Assembly: GCA_964016885.1 (NCBI GenBank)
Contig: OZ024743.1
Span: 73,594,001 to 73,658,000 of the forward strand
Direction: 5' to 3'
DNA from: Eledone cirrhosa
Lineage: Eukaryota
DNA: 64,000 nucleotides
Below, in pieces: positions 43,451 through 56,910 of this stretch (positions within the stretch are counted from its first letter, which is position 1; every line of letters starts with the position of its first letter). The notes beneath the pieces are model-generated. The model was not told the DNA's origin. It did not search any database and saw nothing but the letters and a program-made list of their open reading frames with translations. Both the position numbers and the translations under genes were made by a program.

Positions 43451-44651
43451 AGTTTAAAACAATGAAATAAAAATCAAGTCATTAGAAATATACTTCACTG
43501 CTTTACGATCGTTTCTAGGTGATAATAATACATCGTACGCATATTTCGTTATCGATCTATGTAGGGTTAGTTACAAAATATCAAATAAGGAATATATTTA
43601 CCTACATGTATATCATCAGCCGTTGTCAAAAGCAATGAAAATTTTATTCAAAATCAATAGTAAATTGAGTTCTATGACCTTATTTGGAAATAGCTGAAGA
43701 AGAAACCATTCGAATGGTTTTTTGTCATATGATGTTAAGATGAAATATAACTCACTTTAGTTGAGGTCATGACCCTTTGAAAGGAATGGTTGAATGGTGT
43801 TAAAAATAGAATTACTATAAAGAACCTATGAATAAAATGGAATTGTTATATTGATAGTGGAATATAGATGGTGGAGTGAAGTTTAAAAAGGAATGTAAAA
43901 ATTAAATGGTTGTAAATGCAGAAATAGAAGCGTTTGCCCATTAAATGGCAACTGTTTGGTTAATAATGTAATATATAAATGCACTGTGTCTACTACTGAC
44001 TCCAACAAATCATATATAGGATCTACATCGAACACATTTAAGAAAATATATTACGCACACTCCAGTAGCTTTAACAATACTAAACTAGCTAACACCACAT
44101 CTTTAGCTGAAACAGTAAATAACTATAAAAAGAAAAAATAGATTTCAAGCTATCGTGAAATACCATTCTGCAAATAACTCCATATCTTGGGAACAGGAGA
44201 GAATGCAAATTATGTTCCGGGGAGATCTTGGAAATTACTAAATCTAAAGACGATTTATTGAATAAAAGACAGGAACTGATTATAGCTTGTAATCACCGTA
44301 TACGAAAAACATTTAAGTACTATACACCTAATTAAACATTCTAAATAGCAACTCACTATAGTTCTATGTGACGTACCATATGTGAGTATCCCCTTCCCCT
44401 AATTATACGCCTTCCTGTTTATTTTTTTATTTTTTAACCTTTTAATTTTTTACCTTCCATAGATTCATGCGTTACTGACTAAGGGCATCAAGGTACATAA
44501 TCACATGTAATTGCATGGGTATACATGTACCTATGTATGTATGATAGGGGAATATATATATATATGTGTATATATATATATATGTGTGTGTATGTGTATG
44601 TGTGTGTATATGTATATACATGTATGTGTGTGTACATGTATATATGTATAA

Positions 44652-44710
<59 letters not shown>

Positions 44711-45625
44711 TGTGTGCGTGTATGTATATGTATATATTTATATCTATGTATGTGTATGTATGTTTTTAATGGAGTATCAATATAACTATACTTCTATCTA
44801 TATATGTCAATATATGTACTTTTGTGGATTAATAAAATTATGCGTTTTGACTATATGTCAACATGCATTTATCTGAGTTTGATTACTTATACACTTGAAA
44901 ATATTTACTATTTTATATTTTATGATGCATCATATGCTATATTATACTATATACAATGTACCATACTGTACAATATTATATTACATTATATTATATTATT
45001 ATATTATTATATTTTATTATCTTATTATAATTTTTATCTTTTAATATACTATCCTTCCTAGTTATGACCATTACTATACCTATCTATATTTATCCTAGTT
45101 ATTTCTGTATATGTTATATTTATTTATTTATATTCACCTAAAATTTCCATACAACACAACTCAACATTTAATTTGTACATTCCTTTTTAAACTTCACTCC
45201 ACCATCTACATTCCACTATCAATATAACAATTCCTTTTTATTCATAGGTTCTTTATAGTAATTCTATTTTTAACACCATTCAACAATTCCTTTCAAAGGG
45301 TCATGACCTCAACTAAAGTGAGTTGTATTTCATCTTAACATCATATGGCAAAAAACCATTTGATTGGTTTCTTCTTCAGCTACCTCTAAATAAGGTCATA
45401 GAACTCAATTTACTATTGATTCTGATTAAAATTTTCATTGCATTTGACAACGGCTGATGATATACATGTAGGTAAATATATTCCTTATTTGATATTTTGT
45501 AACTAAACCTACATAGATCGATAACGAAATATGCGTACGATGTATTATTATCACCTAGAAACGATCGTAAAGCAGTGAAGTATATTTCTAATGACTGGAA
45601 TTTTTATTTCATTGTTTTAACTTAT
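43448..45625 (+). mobile_element. Penelope-like retroelement (Naiad-type) copy 3 with ~460-bp inverted arms
   Basis: 43448-43908 is the reverse complement of 45165-45625. The repeats enclose a GIY-YIG remnant; CTGATGA at 45454 and GAAACGATCGTA at 45558 lie in the arm. Confidence 0.9.
43911..44334 (+). pseudogene. PLE GIY-YIG endonuclease remnant
   Basis: CKCRNRSVCPLNGNC, VIYKC, SYIGST, FKKIYYAHSSSF, TSLA, ECKLCSGEILEI, LNKRQELIIACNH; contains a frameshift and a stop. Confidence 0.85.
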
Positions 45626-45772
45626 ATCATGACTCTGTTTTCCTTTTGATGTTTTATTGTTTTCCGGGATCTATTTTAACCTACATTTTCAACATATGGA
45701 TTACATTGAGTTCTTCATGCAGACTAGACCCCACAACTAACCGTGGATATTTCTGTGTATATATATATATAT

Positions 45773-46288
45773 AATTCACAAGAATCAAAGCTATGTTCAA
45801 AGCATTTATTCACTTACAATTGTTTCATCCAAACCTAGGCTTGAGGTCTTCGGAGCATTTTTCAATGTTTGTACATATAATTGACCTCCTATCCAACGCA
45901 AGAGACATACAGATACATATATATATATTGATGTACAGTGGAGTGACATATATTATACTATACTATATTTGTACAGCAATTCAAATTCAAAATCAAAATC
46001 AAAATCAAAATTAAAATAAAAAAATAAATGCGGCAGATAACACAGATAATGCAAGAGGATAGTTTGATAGTCAGATCTAGTAGGTAGTGTATGCGTTAGT
46101 TACACATGGAGCATGCAAGTGTGTCTCATTTATATACGATTATTGTGTGGCAAGGTGTTACATGTCTCTTGCGTTGGATAGGAGGTCAATTATATGTACA
46201 AACATTGGAAAATGCTCCGAAGACCCCATTGGATGAAACAATTGTAAGTGAATAAATGCTTTGAACATAGCTTTGATTCTTGTGAATT
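45773..46288. mobile_element. Fold-back with ~130-bp arms carrying hammerhead-like motifs
   Basis: 45773-45908 versus 46162-46288. Motif GCT CCGAAGA ... GAAAC AATT GTA AGT at 46214-46249. Confidence 0.85.
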
Positions 46289-46571
46289 CTATATAACTGC
46301 TCTGTAGAACAACTGATGTTATTACATTGAGCTATTTATCTCACTGGTAATAAGGTAGTAATAAATTACTGACCTTCCCTGTTTATGGTTTAAAATATAC
46401 ATAACTATAAATAGTATCCTTAATATTATATATATATATATATTGTTATACTTCGGGGGGTCAAATTGTTGTAATATTGCCAGAAATAATAACAGAACAC
46501 ATTCACTGTTTGGTTGCTTATCGCTTCCGTATCTTTTATATCTCCATAGTTAATTTATTTGGCAATCAATA

Positions 46572-46622
<51 letters not shown>

Positions 46623-46687
46623 GTTTGTTAAAATAATCAAATTAAATTAATTCAACAGCTAATCACACATAGGAATAATTAGGTTGT

Positions 46688-47170
46688 TACCAAAAATCCA
46701 AAAGATTGGCAAGTCGACCCTAAATAGAAAAGACATGAACATCATCACATCTTTTTAATTTTGATTTTGAAAGTAGGTTTATAATTATCAATTTCCATTA
46801 TACTTCTGTAGTTTCCTCGGTGGTCTAGTTGGAGGAATTATAGACGATGGTGATCCTGGTCTGAAGTTCGATCCTGGTCGGGTGTAGGAATCCCGGTAAA
46901 CCTTTTCAGTTTTTTTCTTTGGGTTGTAAAATAAAAAGCGAAAAAGTTTACATGTACCTCTTGACCGGGATTCAACCCAAGGGCAGGATCTCCACCGTCT
47001 CTAGTAACCTCGCTATGCCACAGAGACAACTACGAGAATCTTATGAAAATTCAAACATATAAACCTACTTTCAAAATTTTCAAAACAAAGTGTTGTGTTA
47101 TCGTTCATGTCTTTCTTAATGTTATTGCTCCTACTTAAGGTCGACTTCTAAATCATTTGGGTGTTTCGTA
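46688..47170. mobile_element. Diverged ~480-bp palindrome with tRNA-like modules in both arms
   Basis: AAGTCGACC..AAAGACATGAAC..TTTTGAAAGTAGGTTTATA and its mirror. Inner GGTGGTCTAGTTGG...GTTCGATCCTGG (+) and TGGCATAGCGAGG...GGTTGAATCCCGG (-). Confidence 0.7.
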
Positions 47171-47396
47171 AACTACATCCTCGTTTTGTTTCACATCTAT
47201 CTAGACAATATTTTAACCTGTAATCCATGTTTCATTTCTGTTGCACCTCATCCCCCCCCCCCCCTCTCTCCCACTCTTTCTCTCTCTGATATATTTGAAT
47301 CTACTATGATTTGGGGCTACCTTATTCTTATATATGTTTTTGCATGTCAATTAGATTCAAACTTACAATGATTGGCATTATATATATATATACATA

Positions 47397-47531
47397 CAGT
47401 GGTGGACTAAGTCTAAAAATATTGGTTGCCAGATGAAGGAGGCCCACCTACATATAGAATGTTATCATTTAATTTTTATAATGAATAAGTAACATTTTCA
47501 AAAATTACGTAAGTGGAAACAAAACAGTGCA

Positions 47532-47567
<36 letters not shown>

Positions 47568-48028
47568 CTATCTATCTATCTCTCTCTATACATATATATA
47601 TCCACCACCTTCACCACTAATTGATTTGACAGATGTCTTTAATCCATTGATACCAAATATTATTTGGTCAGTTGTTCGTGTGAAAGTATATAAATATATA
47701 TATGCTTGTGTGTGTGTCTATATATGTATGTTTGCACGCATGAATGAATACACTAAGCTTTAGATTTAGTAGAATGTACAACCACTGATTCCAGCTATTT
47801 GCACCATCGTATATTTTGGTTTCTAGTAATTCCTTGGTTGACCAAATACTTTGCTTAATTGTTTTATTTTTTTTTTTTTAATGTTATTCCTTCTCTTAGA
47901 TTTCAGGGATTTTTTTAAAGGTAAGCATTGGCCCTTAAAATACTACAGTGGGCCCTGCAATGCTACCGTGGGCCCACTGGGGCCCACTTGCCATTGGGCA
48001 ACCTGGCAACCTGGCCAGTCCGCCACTG
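47397..48028 (+). mobile_element. hAT-superfamily MITE with 8-bp TSD
   Basis: TIRs CAGTGGTGGACT and AGTCCGCCACTG; TSD TATACATA on both sides. Confidence 0.85.
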
Positions 48029-48084
48029 TATACATATATATAGATATATATATAAATATGGAAAAAAGGATGCCCCGAAACTCC

Positions 48085-48878
48085 CATGTTCTCTTCCTTC
48101 GGGTGAAACTCTCGTCGCATCCAACAACATCAGAGACTTGGTAGTAATTGTGTACAACAATATAAGCTGGGCCACTCATATAAACAGCAAAGTTGACATG
48201 GCCTGCAGAATATGTTCCTGGATTCTCAGAACCTTCCACTCGATAGATATCCACACTGTTATCCTTCTCTTCTGCACTTTTGCCCGACCCCACCTTAAAT
48301 ACTGTTGTCCTCTGTGGTGTCCCCACACGAAACAAAGTATCATGAAAGTTGAAGCACCTCAAAGGTCAATTATAAAAAAAGATATATGGCATGACAGGCC
48401 TTGATTATTGGAGTCGATTAGAAAAGCTCAACATTTATTCTCTCCAACGTCGCCGTGAGCGCTACATTATCTGCATGATGCGGAAAATATTCCATCAGCA
48501 TTGCCCAAATGATGTTGGCATCACCTTTAAGTTAGACCTAAGGCTTGGGCCCCGTGCTATCCACCTACGACAAAAATCTCACTCGCATCTCATAACAACA
48601 ATACGGCCCAATTATTTCACCTCAATTGGCCCTGCTCTCTTTAACATTACACCAAAACACATTAAAACGGAAACAGACCCTATAAAGTTCCAAAAGTATT
48701 TGGACAAATTCCTTCAAGAAATCCCGGATAAGCCTCCTACACCCGATATGCCTCTGTAAACAATAACTCTCTTCTCGAGTGAGCCAAGGTGCCCAAACCC
48801 TGATTTGTAAAACTTCGCCAGGTGGTGCTATTAAGTTAGCCATGGCCTGGGCCAATACTGGCCGAAACCTATCAGAAT
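48085..48878 (+). mobile_element. CR1-group LINE 3' end (RT C-terminus)
   Basis: RDLVVIV..ISWATHI, ILRTF, FARPHLKYCCPLWCP, then LDYWSRLEKLNIYSLQRRRER after a frameshift. Confidence 0.85.
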
Positions 48879-49002
48879 TATATATATATATACATTCATT
48901 CATACATTCATACATACATGCATGCATGAATATATACATACATACATACATACATACATACATACATACATACATACATACATACATACATACATACATA
49001 CA

Positions 49003-49038
<36 letters not shown>

Positions 49039-50577
49039 CGAACTTGGTTTTACGATCGGGAGAAAAGTACTCAATATATGTAGTAGAGTTTCTTTTTTCA
49101 ATTACCTCACTAGTGTGGTCAAAGACAGTCTTTATAGCAACCACTGTTACCGTTTCCAGACAATAAGCCTGAATTGTGTACACTGACAACTTATGTAGAA
49201 TATGTTCTATATAGAGAGAGAGAGCTCTCCCGATTTGAATATGATTAATACTTATAATTCTTAGTACATTCTTCAAAATGTCCCGCAATAAATATAAAGA
49301 CTTTAGTGCACTAGAAACTATGATTTTGTATATTGAGCGAAATATCAATTTACACCAACAATAGCTCAGTGTTTCGATTGCAAATACAGTCTCATCAATG
49401 GAGGAACGAAAATATTCAACAACGGAACCTTCAATTTTACAACTTCCTCTGGTTTTCATTTTTTTTTTTTTGTCTTTTTAATGCTTAATTTACCTCTCGC
49501 TGGGCTTCTCTTGATTTTAAAATTTTAATTTCTTTTTAATTTAAATTTTATCTTTATATTCCCTTATTTCTGTCAGGAACGATCTACTTTCGTCAAATCG
49601 GACCGAGGAAACAATGTTTCCATTGGTCTTTCCAATTGCTAATACTATCTATCGGTCGCAACTCCAGGTAGAAGGAGCAGCGTGATTCTTGCAGCAGATT
49701 CTTGCTCAAGGACATAACGCATCACAACCTCACAATTGCGAATCCAAATATCTAACCACTCAGCCACACGCCTTCATTTTATCTCTGTCAATCCTGTTTT
49801 AATTTTTGTTTCTCAACTGTAAGAAGTACTAGATACTTACTCTAGTCTGTCATGGCTTATTAGCTCTATACGAACATTACTTTGATTAAATAAATTTAAA
49901 AACTTTATAAATAAATACATACATAAATGTGAATGTTTCTGTTAAGATGAACAATATATATGTAAGAACAGGGTGGGGCATGCTCAGGCACCGGCTTAAA
50001 GTAACTTCATCAATTTAGGGTGGCTACATTATTTAAAATTCTTCTGCTACATGGAAATAAGCGGTCTTCGTAACACTGACAGTTGCCGAGTAATGGAGAA
50101 GTGCAGACTGGGAATTCTTCGACTGTAGTTAGATTAGTTGTAAGATGCTTAATTTGTTCTATTGAATATAATACTGCAAAATCTAGCTTTGGTAGATTTT
50201 ACAGTATTATATTCAATAGAACAAATGAAGCATCTTACAACATTGATGGGATGGAGGCGCCATTATATATATATATATATATATATATAAGTATATATAT
50301 AAGTATATATATATACTTAAGCCCACAGGATTCATTGACTTGTCTCTATTTTCCTCTCTTTACGTTGCATTACTACCATGTGTTTGTTACCTTCCCTCTG
50401 TTTTCCCACTGTCCCGATAACTTAATTGAGTTTTCGCTCGCACTGATTTTAGGTATCTAGTCTTTAATGCATCGAAATACCAACGATAATCAGCAGACTA
50501 CTGATGAGGACCTTTTATCTCTTGGTCTATTTTTATTCATATGTTCATTTTCGCAACAACGCAGCACGCCATTCTTC

Positions 50578-50624
<47 letters not shown>

Positions 50625-50667
50625 TAGACACATAAATATATATATATATACATACCTGTATATATAT

Positions 50668-50759
<92 letters not shown>

Positions 50760-50865
50760 ATATATATATATATATGGATATATATATATATATATATATG
50801 CACACACAGACACAGAAATATATATATACATACGTGTATATATATATATAAACACACGCACACAC

Positions 50866-50899
<34 letters not shown>

Positions 50900-50911
50900 G
50901 TATGTATATAT

Positions 50912-50988
<77 letters not shown>

Positions 50989-51270
50989 CCAGATTACAGT
51001 CGAGCTAGATCGATACAGATCGAACCTTGAGCTGATCAGTGGCGAAACGCGCGTCACCAACCAATAAATGTAATGAAGGAGTAACCAATCGTCTTGGGTA
51101 TTTCATTTCACTATATATATATATGCATATATATGTACATAAGCATGCATCTATATATACACACATACATGTATATATATATATATGCAGAGGTTATATT
51201 TAATTTGTTGGGATTCAACAAGTTTAAACATTTTTATAGCTGATATAAAGCACTCAACAGAGTGGAGTAA

Positions 51271-51645
51271 ATATACAATATATTACTAAATGGAAACTAT
51301 ATTTACAAAACCATATTTATTTTACTATACATATTTCAAGGGCCACCAAGGAAAATTATGGTGCGCTTTCATCAGATAAAATACAATACAGATTAGTTTT
51401 ATAAATTAATATTGACATACCCTGAAAAAAGACAACCTTAACGGTTGGAGCTTCTATCCAGGAAGCTCCAACCGTTAAGGTTGTCTTTTTTCAGGGTATG
51501 TCAATATTTATTTATAAAACTAATCTGTATTGTATTTTATTTGATGAAAGCGCACCATAATTTTCCTTGGTGGCCCTTGAAATATGTATAGTAAAATAAA
51601 TATGGTTTTATAAATATAGTTTCCATTTAGTAATATATTGTATAT
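51271..51645. mobile_element. Near-perfect 375-bp palindrome in (TA)n with hammerheads
   Basis: Arms meet at GGAGCTTC TATCCAG GAAGCTCC (~51458) with only a few mismatches. Confidence 0.92.
51321..51380 (-). ncRNA. Type-I hammerhead ribozyme
   Basis: Minus strand reads TTTAT CTGATGA AAG CG CACCA..TGGTG GC C CTT GAA ATATGTAT A GTAAA. The mirror copy at ~51536-51595 has TTGATGA. Confidence 0.7.
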
Positions 51646-51654
51646 ATATATTTA

Positions 51655-51752
51655 TTAAAATAACTGATTAAAGTTTAAACAAAGAATCGCTGCTTTTACC
51701 TTATCCTTATCGAGCCCTCTTTGGATTTTAGTCTTCCAATTTATTATTATTA
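51655..51752. repeat. Rearranged terminus of the PLE copy 2 family
   Basis: TTAAAATAAC.GATTAAAGTTTAA..AAGAATCGCTGC is fused to the reverse complement of 24841-24890. Confidence 0.75.
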
Positions 51753-52061
51753 CTATATAGCCCCAGCATGGACTCAGTCGGATGGCTGGAACTGGTAAAA
51801 GAATAAAAGAGTATATATATGGTTGGATGGATGTTCGTATGTATTGATCCATACATTTATGTGTGTATCAATACATGTGTATATCCTGTCTCCCATCTAA
51901 ACCAACTGTTGATACTTGCCCCGCCTACATGCCGGCATAAGTAGATTTGATTGGACAAACATTCTCACAGTTTCTCCTTTCATTAATGACGAAGAGAGTG
52001 GGCGTGGCCTACTGTTTCATCGTTTATCACTCTTTAATGTTTTCAGTGTAATATTCGTTGA

Positions 52062-52125
52062 GGCGGCGGTGGTGGTGGTGGTGGTGATGGTGGTGATGGT
52101 GGTGGTGGTGGTGGTGGTGGTGGCG

Positions 52126-52174
<49 letters not shown>

Positions 52175-52231
52175 TGGTGGTGGTGGTGGTGGTGGTGGTG
52201 GTGGTAGTAGTAGTGGTGGTGGTGGTGGTGA

Positions 52232-52262
<31 letters not shown>

Positions 52263-52276
52263 TGTGGTTGTTTTGT

Positions 52277-52320
<44 letters not shown>

Positions 52321-52398
52321 ATAGTAATAACAGTAGCAGCATCACCAGCAGCACCAGTACTACCACCAGCAGCAGTAGCAGCAGCAGCACCAGCAACA
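52062..52398. repeat. (GGT)n/(AGT)n/(AGC)n trinucleotide microsatellite
   Basis: Direct reading. Confidence 0.95.
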
Positions 52399-52636
52399 AT
52401 GTTAGAAAATGTGACCTTGTGTTGCCTGTAGATGGGTTAAAAACGAGATAATCAGGACAGGAATTGTTTTTATTACAAGTGTCTATTCAACCTGAGATGA
52501 CCTGGGGCTAACCAACATGACTCTATCACAGATGTTCTTAAACGTTTTAGGTGGCTCCACCCCTCTCCAAGCCACGTAATACCCTCAGCACCCTCAAACC
52601 TATTTCCAGAGAGATCTACCTACACGCAAATTGTAA

Positions 52637-53076
52637 ATAATTGTTTCTACTTTTGGCACAAGGCCACCAAATAACCAGTGCATTATTTTATCGACTTTAT
52701 TTTATCGACCCCATAAGGATGAAGGCAAAGTTAAACTTGGCGGGATTTTAACATGCAAGGGCATGGTGTCCGACCCTCTACCGATACTGCCAATCCTCCG
52801 CCCTAGCATGGTGTCCGACCCTCTACCGATTCAGCCAACACACACACACTTTTTCAAACGTCTATGTTTTATTTTCTGTTTATTTGATATAATTGTTTCT
52901 ACTTTAGGCACAAGGCCAGCAATTACCCAGTGCATTACTGGTTCTTTATTTTATCGACCCCGTAAGGATGAAAGGCAAAGTCAACCTCGGCGCGATTTGA
53001 ACTCATATCGTAAAGGGACGTAACTATGCTGGAAAGCATGGCGTCCGATCCTCTACCGATACTGCCAATCCACCGC
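52637..53076 (-). mobile_element. Two family-1 SINEs, the second with a 16-bp TSD
   Basis: TSD GTTTATTTGATATAAT at ~52878 and ~53077. Confidence 0.85.
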
Positions 53077-54288
53077 GTTTATTTGATATAATAAATTCTT
53101 TTTAAGCTTATTTCTTTCATATCTGAACTTCATTTGAATATGTAAAATTTAATTAGCGTAAAATTTTACTTATGTGATCGGATCTGGGAAAGGCAACATA
53201 AGCAATTTATGCTCCTTTAAGAATCAACAAATGTTGGTTTTTTTCCCCCCTCACGTTTTTAAGGCAAACGAGGCCCTTGTCCCTCATCATCCTCCGAGGA
53301 AATGCCTTCTCTATTCTGCCTGAATTATGAAGGTAATTCCCGCTACACGCTATAAGAAAGACAGACACATATAGTTGACAAGTGCGCGTCACACAACACG
53401 GCAGTATCATAACCAGCGTTAGGAAACCCGTGTCTGGTCGTTTGACAGGCTAGAAATAGCAGTTAAAACTCCTAGGCATACGTTGAAGGATATGTTTTAG
53501 GTGGTCAACATTAGGCTGCTTCTGGTCACAGACTGCCTTGAAAAGAATTGATCAGGACAACAACACCATTACCACCACTACCACCACCAACACCACCACC
53601 ACCACCAACACCTTCGCCACCACGAACACCACCACCACTAACACCAAGATATCTACATAAACCACACCTATTCTTACACCCACTATTTCGTCTCTCCTTC
53701 TCCTCCCCTCCTCTTCCTTCTCCCCCTCCTCCTACCAGTCATATATCGTACTTGTTAGTGTTTTGGTCAGCTATTTGGTTTTTGTTTTGTTTAATTTTTA
53801 TAGTAATTTCGGTCAGTTGGTGGGCTGGTGTCAACGACTCACACATACAGATAAACAGTCAGTTTATCAGCCAATAGGACAATCGTCCGGACAGTTAGTC
53901 CTGTTGGTCACTCAGTCAGACAATGTATATGCTAGAAAGAAGACTTGCTCTAGCTTGACGAGAAATCTGTCTCAATTATTGAAATATATTGAAAAAACAT
54001 AGAAAAATATTCAAACATTGAAAGATATTCAAATAGTGAAAAAAAATATATATTGTAGAAAAAGACAAAACAACAACAACCACAACAGAATCCTCCTTGT
54101 CTCAGCATCATCAATTATTGTTATGGTTATTGTTGTTGTTAGCCATATTTTACAGCTGGTTTTTATATGTAGACACGTATGTCCCAAAGTGGAAAGTTAT
54201 AATACCAATACGCGAAACGGACCTTAAATAAATTAATGGTTATTTTTACAGTTACTGCTACTACTGATAGTGTTGCTACTGCGGCTCT

Positions 54289-54335
<47 letters not shown>

Positions 54336-54586
54336 ATACTACTACTACTACTGCTGCTGCTGCTACTAAACTATTATTGGACACTTCAACTCTAGCAGCT
54401 ACTACTGTCACTAAACTTTATCAGTTAACACCTGTTATTCCACACACAAACATACACACACACACACACACACACACACGCACTTTCACACAGAGCTACA
54501 CACACACACACTTACACAGACACCTACACACTCAGCTACACACACACACAAAGTGACATTGGAAGTCGAAGCTACAACAATACCTG

Positions 54587-55916
54587 ATGTCTTCATCGAC
54601 GGCAGTCAGACGTCCTTCGTTAACTGAAGCGGCGTTAATGTCTGCTTATTATTACCCCCATTTGACACATGCAGGTATGTCTTTACAGAATAATAGTAGC
54701 CCTGCTACACCTCATGCAACCTTAACCTACAGTGGAACACCACCGGACCTCGTCACTTCTCCCTTTCACTCAATGACAGCTTATGGTCTGGAGTCCCCAT
54801 CTACATTCGGACATCATCATCATCCTCATCATCATCCTCATGGACCTTATACTCATTCTCACAACCCCATAACCAATCCTCAAATGACAGGAAGCCAGTG
54901 GAGTCATTTAGCTGCAGCTGCACATCACCTTAATTACAATCCTATGGCAGCGTCTCCGGCAGCTCAACACATGGCAGCTGTTGCAGCGGCTGCTGCTGCC
55001 GCTGCCGCTGCTGCCGGTGGTAACCCAACGGTAAATTCAACGTCGACAAACAGTGGTGGTAACCCATTGGTAAACCTTACGTCTGTTGATGTTGACACAT
55101 CATCATCAACACCACCCAATGAGTCCTTAATGAATGGTAACTCACATTCATCACCCTTAGTAACGTACGATGAATGGATGGCAACGAGTGGCTGCAATCT
55201 GGTAACGGGTCCAAATATGTCAGTACCTAATACATTTAGTACAACTAGAGGCTGCAATGATACAATGCTTATCAGTATGTCATCTCTAAATTCTCATGAT
55301 TCTCAGACGGTACCATTGTCACTGTTGACATCGTCATCACATCCACATCACATGCAACAGTCACATCTACAACCAATTCATCACCAACAAAGTGACCAGT
55401 CACAAGACGACCACTTACGTACAAATGAAACATCTCTAATGACTAATTTGAATCGTTATCATCCATCGTCCATGTCCCGACCAATGGGTTCACATACGGA
55501 TTATTTAGGAAGCAATCACCTTGACATTGGTAGTATCAGTAGTAACTCACCGGAGTCTATTTCTACTCATTCACATTTATCAGACGATTCTCTATCTCCT
55601 ATCGACATTTCTCAATCCCAACACCAGCAAATATCACAACACCTACACCACCCGCATCAACAAAATTTATCCCATTCTATGCATGTCCCTTTAAATACAG
55701 TTTCAAATAATTATGTACTAAACTCACCACGAAATGGCTCCCTACATGTTACCCCACAGCGGACTAATAGCAACGATGGTAGTATATGTACTGATATCGA
55801 TTCTAGTCCTTCATCGATGTTGGGTTTCTCTGGAGATAACATTGGACGAGTGAACAGGCACCCATTTGAATGGATGAGATCACCACCAACTAACACTTCA
55901 CGGACGAAACGCATAG
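54587..55916 (+). CDS. Cdx: First coding exon of an ANTP-class homeobox gene, probably ParaHox Cdx/caudal
   Basis: Uninterrupted 443-codon, non-repetitive Ser/His/Ala-rich ORF. MSAYYY (ATG 54638) recalls the caudal N-terminus; hexapeptide RHPFEWMR (Cdx type is PY/FEWM). Donor ATAG|GTAAAT splits a Gly codon in phase 1, as before Cdx G|KTRTKDKY. The homeodomain itself is not visible. Confidence 0.7.
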
Positions 55917-56052
55917 GTAAATAATCTATTTACGTATTAATTTTATCATTGTTATCATTATTTTGTTATTGTGCATTTTTACTCAATCTTATTGTAAACC
56001 CCCCAGTGTACGTGTCTTTGTATTGTCCCCTACATGTCGGCCCTTGGAACCA

Positions 56053-56240
56053 GTGGATTGGCAGTATCGGTAGAGAGTCGGACGCCATGCTTTCCAGCAG
56101 AGTTACGTCCCTTTACGGTCTGAGTTCAAATCCCGTCGAGGTTAACTTTACCTTTCATCCTTACGGGGTTGATAAAATAAAGTACCAGTAATGTACTGGG
56201 TGATTGCTGGCCTTGTGCCAAAAGTAGAAACAATTATTAT
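56053..56240 (+). mobile_element. SINE family 1 in intron 1, preceded by an L1/Tx1 3' tip
   Basis: Family match; 55989-56047 matches the reverse complement of 22683-22740. Confidence 0.85.
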
Positions 56241-56379
56241 TGTCTTATAGAACAATGACAATGAAAACAGACAGTTATTTGCTATATATATGAAAAGGGA
56301 ATTAAGGTTCTATACAAAACAGTGGTTATAGAGAGAAGGTGAAATTGTAAATAGCACTGAAAATATATTTAAAGGTCTT

Positions 56380-56441
<62 letters not shown>

Positions 56442-56453
56442 ATAGATATTGTG

Positions 56454-56820
56454 ATATATTGGTAAAAGGAAAAGAAAATGCTGACAAATTGTTCCCAGTG
56501 AAAAATAGTTTAATTAGGAATAAGTAAAAATTAGTAATAAGTATTGGTTAGTATTCAGTTTTGGTTTTAAGTTTTTACCGGTTGCGCATTTCTAATGCTT
56601 TTCAAAAATAATTTTTAGATAGAACGCCCGATAGAGCAAACATTACGGACGCTCTATCTAAAAATTATTTTTGAAAAGCATTAGAAATGCGCAACCGGTA
56701 AAACTTAAAACCCAAACTGAATACTAACCAATACTTATTACTAATTTTTACTTATTCCTAATTAAACTATTTTTCACTGGGAACAATTTGTCAGCATTTT
56801 CTTTTCCTTTTACCAATATA
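56454..56820. mobile_element. Near-perfect 367-bp palindrome in (TA)n
   Basis: ATATATTGGTAAAAGGAAAAG...TTTTAGATAGA versus TCTATCTAAAA...CTTTTCCTTTTACCAATATAT. No hammerhead core was found. Confidence 0.92.
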
Positions 56821-56856
56821 TATATATATATATATATAAATATATTTAAAGGTCTT

Positions 56857-56902
<46 letters not shown>

Positions 56903-56910
<8 letters not shown>

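Noticed and set aside
51030-51060. CTGATCAGTGGCGAAACGCGCGTC as a hammerhead (similar half motifs at 57980 rc and 50501)
   Set aside because: Only the GAAAC-palindrome-GTC half, or the CTGATGA half, is convincing; stems I/II are missing.
54236-54556. Upstream ORF before the homeobox exon
   Set aside because: Made of (ACT)n and (CA)n repeats.
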